Shown piece after piece: positions 59,522-64,000 of a stretch of DNA of 64,000 nt (position 1 is the stretch's first letter; each line of letters opens with the position of its first letter). The notes under the pieces were generated by a model. The model was not told where the DNA came from. It saw only the letters and a list, made by a program, of their open reading frames with translations, and ran no database searches. A program made the position numbers and the translations under genes. This DNA comes from Neoechinorhynchus agilis (lineage: Eukaryota > Animalia > Acanthocephala): assembly GCA_051530055.1 (NCBI GenBank), contig CM121341.1, forward strand, positions 15,726,784 through 15,790,783. The letters are read 5' to 3'.

Positions 59522-61813
59522 TTAATCCGGCTTTTCCCTTTCGACTTTTGGTTCACATTCCACATCGCATCTCATTCTCTTAGACATTTTACGATATCCG
59601 CTAACTTTTGATTTGGTTAAATGAACATGATCCGAATAATCCGAATCGGAATCCGCTACACTGTCTTCTTGTGGTAACTGATCGTTCGATTCCGAGAGAA
59701 AATGCGATATATCGGCACAAGGACTCACTGAACCGGTCTTTCCAAGTTGTGTTGCGTACTCATGGAATAAAGGAGGCAGAATTGAGTGCAATCGCTCGAT
59801 CTGTTCATCACTTGCATTCCCTTCCCGGAAAGCGTTTCCATGTCCCATTTTGGACATCAATTCAGATTCTCCAAATATTTCGGCTTTGTTGGTCGAGTAG
59901 AAAGTATAGTGGAAGATAGTATTGTTTGCAATGTAGTTGACTTGGGATCCACTAGGAAAAAATATACAAGTGACGGGGAGAGTCGTTCCGTCAACTTCGG
60001 TCACTTCTGTGTATTTAGAAGCGTTATTTTCACGAAGTTCACTCCTTGATGCCACCGAAATCAATATGTTTTTTATAAAGTTCCGTTTAGTTTCGATCAT
60101 GGCGTTTATGACAGAAGGACGGCGAAGAAGAGCCACGAGGTGGGTAAGAGGCGATTCGAAGGATTTCCGAGTAATATCCTGAACGTTGCTCCAAACGCAC
60201 TACTTTTTCGAGTAGCGCTCGTTTAAACTTGGCGAATCTTTTTCTCGCCATATATACATTGAAAAAGAATTATAAAAAAGAAAACTTTGTAGATATTGGC
60301 TATATGTTTTTTATCTTTCCTCGCAATAAACACTAATACTTTAGAATTGAACAATTTATTTACTTAAGATGAAAGAGTGTTTCCATGTACTTCGATCCGC
60401 ATTCAAAATATCTTGGAACCTACCAATATTTGCGAATCGGACAACATTCCCTAGGCCCGAGGAAAATGCCTTTCATGGAACGCGAGCTACGAGGAAAGGT
60501 CCAGGATCAATGGCGACAGCACCGGAGCAGAAGAAATTTCTGAAATACCGAGAGCTGCAGTTTTCAACTTTGCCCCCTTTGAACCGGAGACTAACGATGC
60601 TGGAGAGCGTAATGGGATTATCGCAAAGGGCCTCTTGTGGCAGCTTTCTTCAGCCACCTATATTAAAAATCAGGCGAGCTAATGCCACCGACGTAAGGGA
60701 ATGACAGCGGCGTTGATTTGATTTTTTATTCAATAAAATTTTCACATCGACGCAAAAAACTGGTGATTCTTCTTCCTGCACTTATTCCGACTCGATCTGG
60801 AAAATGAACATGTCAACTTAAAACATATAGGATAATTATCTTCGACGGGAAAAAGAGACCTTTTTTTGGTTTTGTCGGACAATTCCGATATTTCGCAAGT
60901 TTGTTGCTTCAGGACGAAATATCGGTTCTTAAATTAGTGACTTGAATCCCCGAAGTGACAAAACTAAGAAAGTTAACGAAATATTTGTTGTGATTATAAA
61001 ACAATCTACATGGAGGCAAATGGATTTCTACGGCAATTAACCACCCATTTGGCGTTCCGTCTGTCTTAGTTTTTCTAACTGAGACGAAATTTTCTTGCAC
61101 TCTTCGGCGGCATTGGAAGGATACCCATTCCACCGGATAACTTTGTGCTCCTTAGCGATCATTTGCATCGCTAACAACACATTGATGGCATCGTAAACTC
61201 GACGCCGGATGTTTTTATGGTCATAAAAGAGTTCATCAGCAGAGAGATTCGGTTGATTCCGCCTGGATCCATGATAACAAGCGGAAGCATGAGAAGCCGT
61301 GACAGCAGCAGCCGCGGCGATTTCCGCGCAATACTCTTGGACGATCTCGTCAGCTACTTCATTGTAGGTCGTAACGACTTTCTCTTTTACTTTTTGGCAA
61401 ACCTTCATGCTGAAATGACGAAGACCGCGGGTTTTATCTCGGTTTTGAGTCTGACTACCTTGTGTGCTGTATTGGTTGTAGACCGCAGAAGCCTGAAGAC
61501 CGGCTAACCGAGAATATGCACTCGAAGTTGGTTTAATTTGATTGGATGAAACGAGTCCGGATTCGCGGACTTCCAAGCCCGTCTGTTGCTCCTCGGCAAG
61601 CAATCTTCTACTACGAAATCGGGCATTTCCAGGAGGTTGTCCTAGACTTGCAGTACTGATTCGGTCACCCGATGGCGTACAAATATGCACAATCTTAGGT
61701 TTTATCGGATTCGGACGAGGACGTAAAGTAGGTAACACAATCCTGGGAACGTCCGGACTGTCGAAATTTGTTGAATGCCGGTTCGAAGGATTTCGACTGC
61801 TCCGCATGTTCAA
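59522..61813 (-). CDS. TFDP1: Transcription factor DP (E2F dimerisation partner), split by a 960-nt non-canonical insert
   Basis: GLRHFSMKVCQKVKEK..TTYNEVADE, KNIRRRVYDAINVLLAM, then the DP C-terminal domain (LP...; E....MG.G...REG....I.....ILP) in 59522-60106. Confidence 0.9.
60107..61068 (-). other. TA-bounded intervening sequence in TFDP (960 nt removed)
   Basis: TA-A-GACAG-ACGG ... CCGT-CCTT-CTGTC-A-TA; removal gives ECKKISSQLEKLNAMIETK. Confidence 0.8.
60380..60700 (+). mobile_element. Decayed CRE-type RLE fragment nested in the TFDP insert
   Basis: NILEPTNIC..., RGKCLSW, EQKKFLKYREL, NFAPFEPET. Confidence 0.6.
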
Positions 61814-61973
61814 CTTTTTAAAAAAGGCCGGAAGAAGAGCGTACTGAAAACACGTAGTTCGATTCTTCCGTGTTACTCAGTCTGTATAAATTAAAAACCA
61901 GCCTTTTTTACATTATGTAAAATGTCGGATTTTGGTACGGAGCTTTTTGTTCGCTCTGCCAATAAGCTAATGA

Positions 61974-62189
61974 TTAACTTGACGCGGTTTCAAACTTCTT
62001 TAATAAATCGTTTGGGAAGTTTGGGCAATCAATCGAAGGTGATAATTGAATGCTGGTCGTTTCTTCTAAACTGAGAGCTGATCGTCCGTGTAGATGATGT
62101 TTTAATCTTTTTAAGTGACCTTCTATAACAGCGTTATTACACCGTCTCGTATTAAGACGTATCTTTCGATCGATGTTTTGAACTTTCAC
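61974..62189 (-). mobile_element. Possible DDE transposase remnant
   Basis: NNAVIEGHLKRLK resembles N..IE..H..LK motifs; nothing else supports it. Confidence 0.25.
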
Positions 62190-62769
62190 TTGAAAAAAGC
62201 TTTTGCCTCCTATGATCTAATCTCATTTCTATCAATTCAAGAATCTTACAAGAGTAAAAGTTGCACTAATCGAACATAACCGTGAGGTTTGAATCTTTGT
62301 GGACGAACGAACATTCAAATCTCGAAATTATTTGACCTTGATTGCGTTAAATCTCTCGGACTAAAATTGCATTCAAAATCAATTTCACTCAATGGCGACG
62401 GGTGTGCCACAAAGGCTCAAAATTCTTTGTCCAAAAATTAAAATGTCCATATCCTTTTATAGGAAGCTCACTAAATTTTATTCGTTCATCGCGCACTCGA
62501 GCTCAAAACCTGAATAAGAAAAACATATTATTTTTTAGAGGACTGATGAGGTGAGGTCACCTCGCGAAATATTTCTAATAAATCAAACTCAAATGTGTTA
62601 TTACCGGGATTGTTATCACCAAAATAATATTATTTGATAGTTTATTTGTTTAAAAATTGTTACAAAATTTCAATATTTTATTTATTTATCTTAAATCGCA
62701 TACATTCAGGGCTTCACGGCAAGTCTTTGGGAGCCTTTCGGCTAACTCACACACTTCGGAGGCGCTCAG

Positions 62770-63565
62770 TCGCACTCGAAGGGACAGTGCCAACCCTCTC
62801 CTGGGGTCGATGGGCGATCTCAAACCCTACCCCACCCTTCCAGCAGCCTCGCAACACCCGTGCCACTTCTTCCTCTTCCTATCAATCGTGTCTCCTCTGT
62901 TCGTATATTTGGTCTTCATTTTCAGAAAAATCTAAAGTGGGACAAGCACACATCAATCTTGTTGCACAAAGGGTCCATTAAATTATATCTTCCTAAAAGT
63001 CTCCGATTCCTTGGAATGCCGCACAGAGATCTTATGCATTTTTATATTTCAACATCCTACCAATGCTCACCTATGCATACGCAACTCTTTGCAATTTTTC
63101 TTTTTATATATTCCAAAAACTCAATACCTTTCACAAGAGATGGCTCTAATCTTTTGCACCGAACTCCTGCCCTTAGAAGAACACCTTTCTCTAATCTTTC
63201 ATAAGCACTCAAAGCGCCTTCATTCTCTTCCGATTCAATTTCTACCACACATTTCTCCCTTTACTCACATTTACAACACTCGTCGCCCCTACATTTTGCA
63301 TCTTTCAATTCCTCGCACAAATCTGTACCTCCGCTTTTTCTTCCTAACCGCTCAATCCTCCAAATGCGAATTGATTCGGAGGAAATAAAGGAAAACAACA
63401 AGTAACAATTAACCAACCAAAATCAAGATCAACTAACGGACCAAACACAATTTTATCAGCCAGTTAACTTACCTAAAAAATTCATTAAATCTCTAAAGAA
63501 ATACCGAAATCAATCTCCTGCAAATTCGAGCGTCCATGAGGACCCAAAGATACATGGGTCCTTTT
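62770..63565 (+). mobile_element. CR1/L2-group LINE 3' fragment with terminal hairpin
   Basis: RVSSVRIFGLHFQKNLKWD...IPRTNLYLRFF; ATGAGGACCCAAAGATACATGGGTCC at ~63536. Confidence 0.8.
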
Positions 63566-63924
63566 CTTTGTTAGTTAACAAATATTAATCAATTAGACTA
63601 CAAGTAACAGTAAAATAAAAGTTTTTCTTCGTTGTATCTATTTACCAAAACATGGTTAATTCCTTACTCTCAAGAATGAATGTGTATTTTCAAAATGATG
63701 TACCGTTTATCTGTAAAAATGATACTTCTCTTTATATCTTAACTAACCACTTAAAACGCTTTGAATTATAAAACCTTGTAAAGAATAACCAGCGTACATG
63801 TTTAACTAAAAAAAAGGTTTAAAAACTTCTCATAGTGAATCGCGTTCACAACAATGAGAAACGTGATATAGCACATATTGACGTATTCTTGATATGTTCA
63901 AATCAAGAGAACGTGTAAATAAAC

Positions 63925-64000
63925 AATAATCAATGTGCGTCCTTTTTCCACGACTGATAATTTTCCTTAGGCACACAGCTAACCGATCTGGTTCAGGGAC
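63925..64000. mobile_element. Diverged left arm of a second F6 MITE-like copy (runs off the window)
   Basis: GGCACACAGCTAACCGATCTGGTTC matches the F6 arm GGCACACAGCCCACCGACCTGGTTC. Confidence 0.6.

Overview
This is eukaryotic genomic DNA, very likely from a compact-genome animal (inferred from MRPS22, GM2A, TFDP and MFSD1 homologues). It is AT-rich, with about 25 short (mostly ~40-60 nt) conventional GT-AG introns. Host genes: NUDT9, TMED9-like p24, MRPS22, CLPTM1, TRMT10, PAF1, a shugoshin-like gene, a CAD-type Zn alcohol dehydrogenase, MFSD1, GM2A, a CK1-family pseudokinase, TFDP and several orphans. They lie among decayed non-LTR retrotransposons (CR1/L2-like, RTE, I-like, and about 9 CRE-type RLE fragments), a Merlin/IS1595 transposase remnant, a tRNA-derived SINE family and five families of Penelope-type pLTR fold-backs with hammerhead-like cores. 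Main discovery: seven recognisable genes (8 sites, plus 1 candidate in an orphan gene) are interrupted by a second class of intervening sequence (IVS) of 43-960 nt. These lack GT-AG ends, are bounded by TA...TA (one case TA...TC), and have base-pairing ends. Removing the element plus one TA restores the frame and, at most sites, the exact spacing of conserved motifs. This points to either ciliate-IES-like programmed DNA excision or a non-canonical structure-guided splicing system. All homologue comparisons are from memory and all folds and translations were done by hand; no searches were run.
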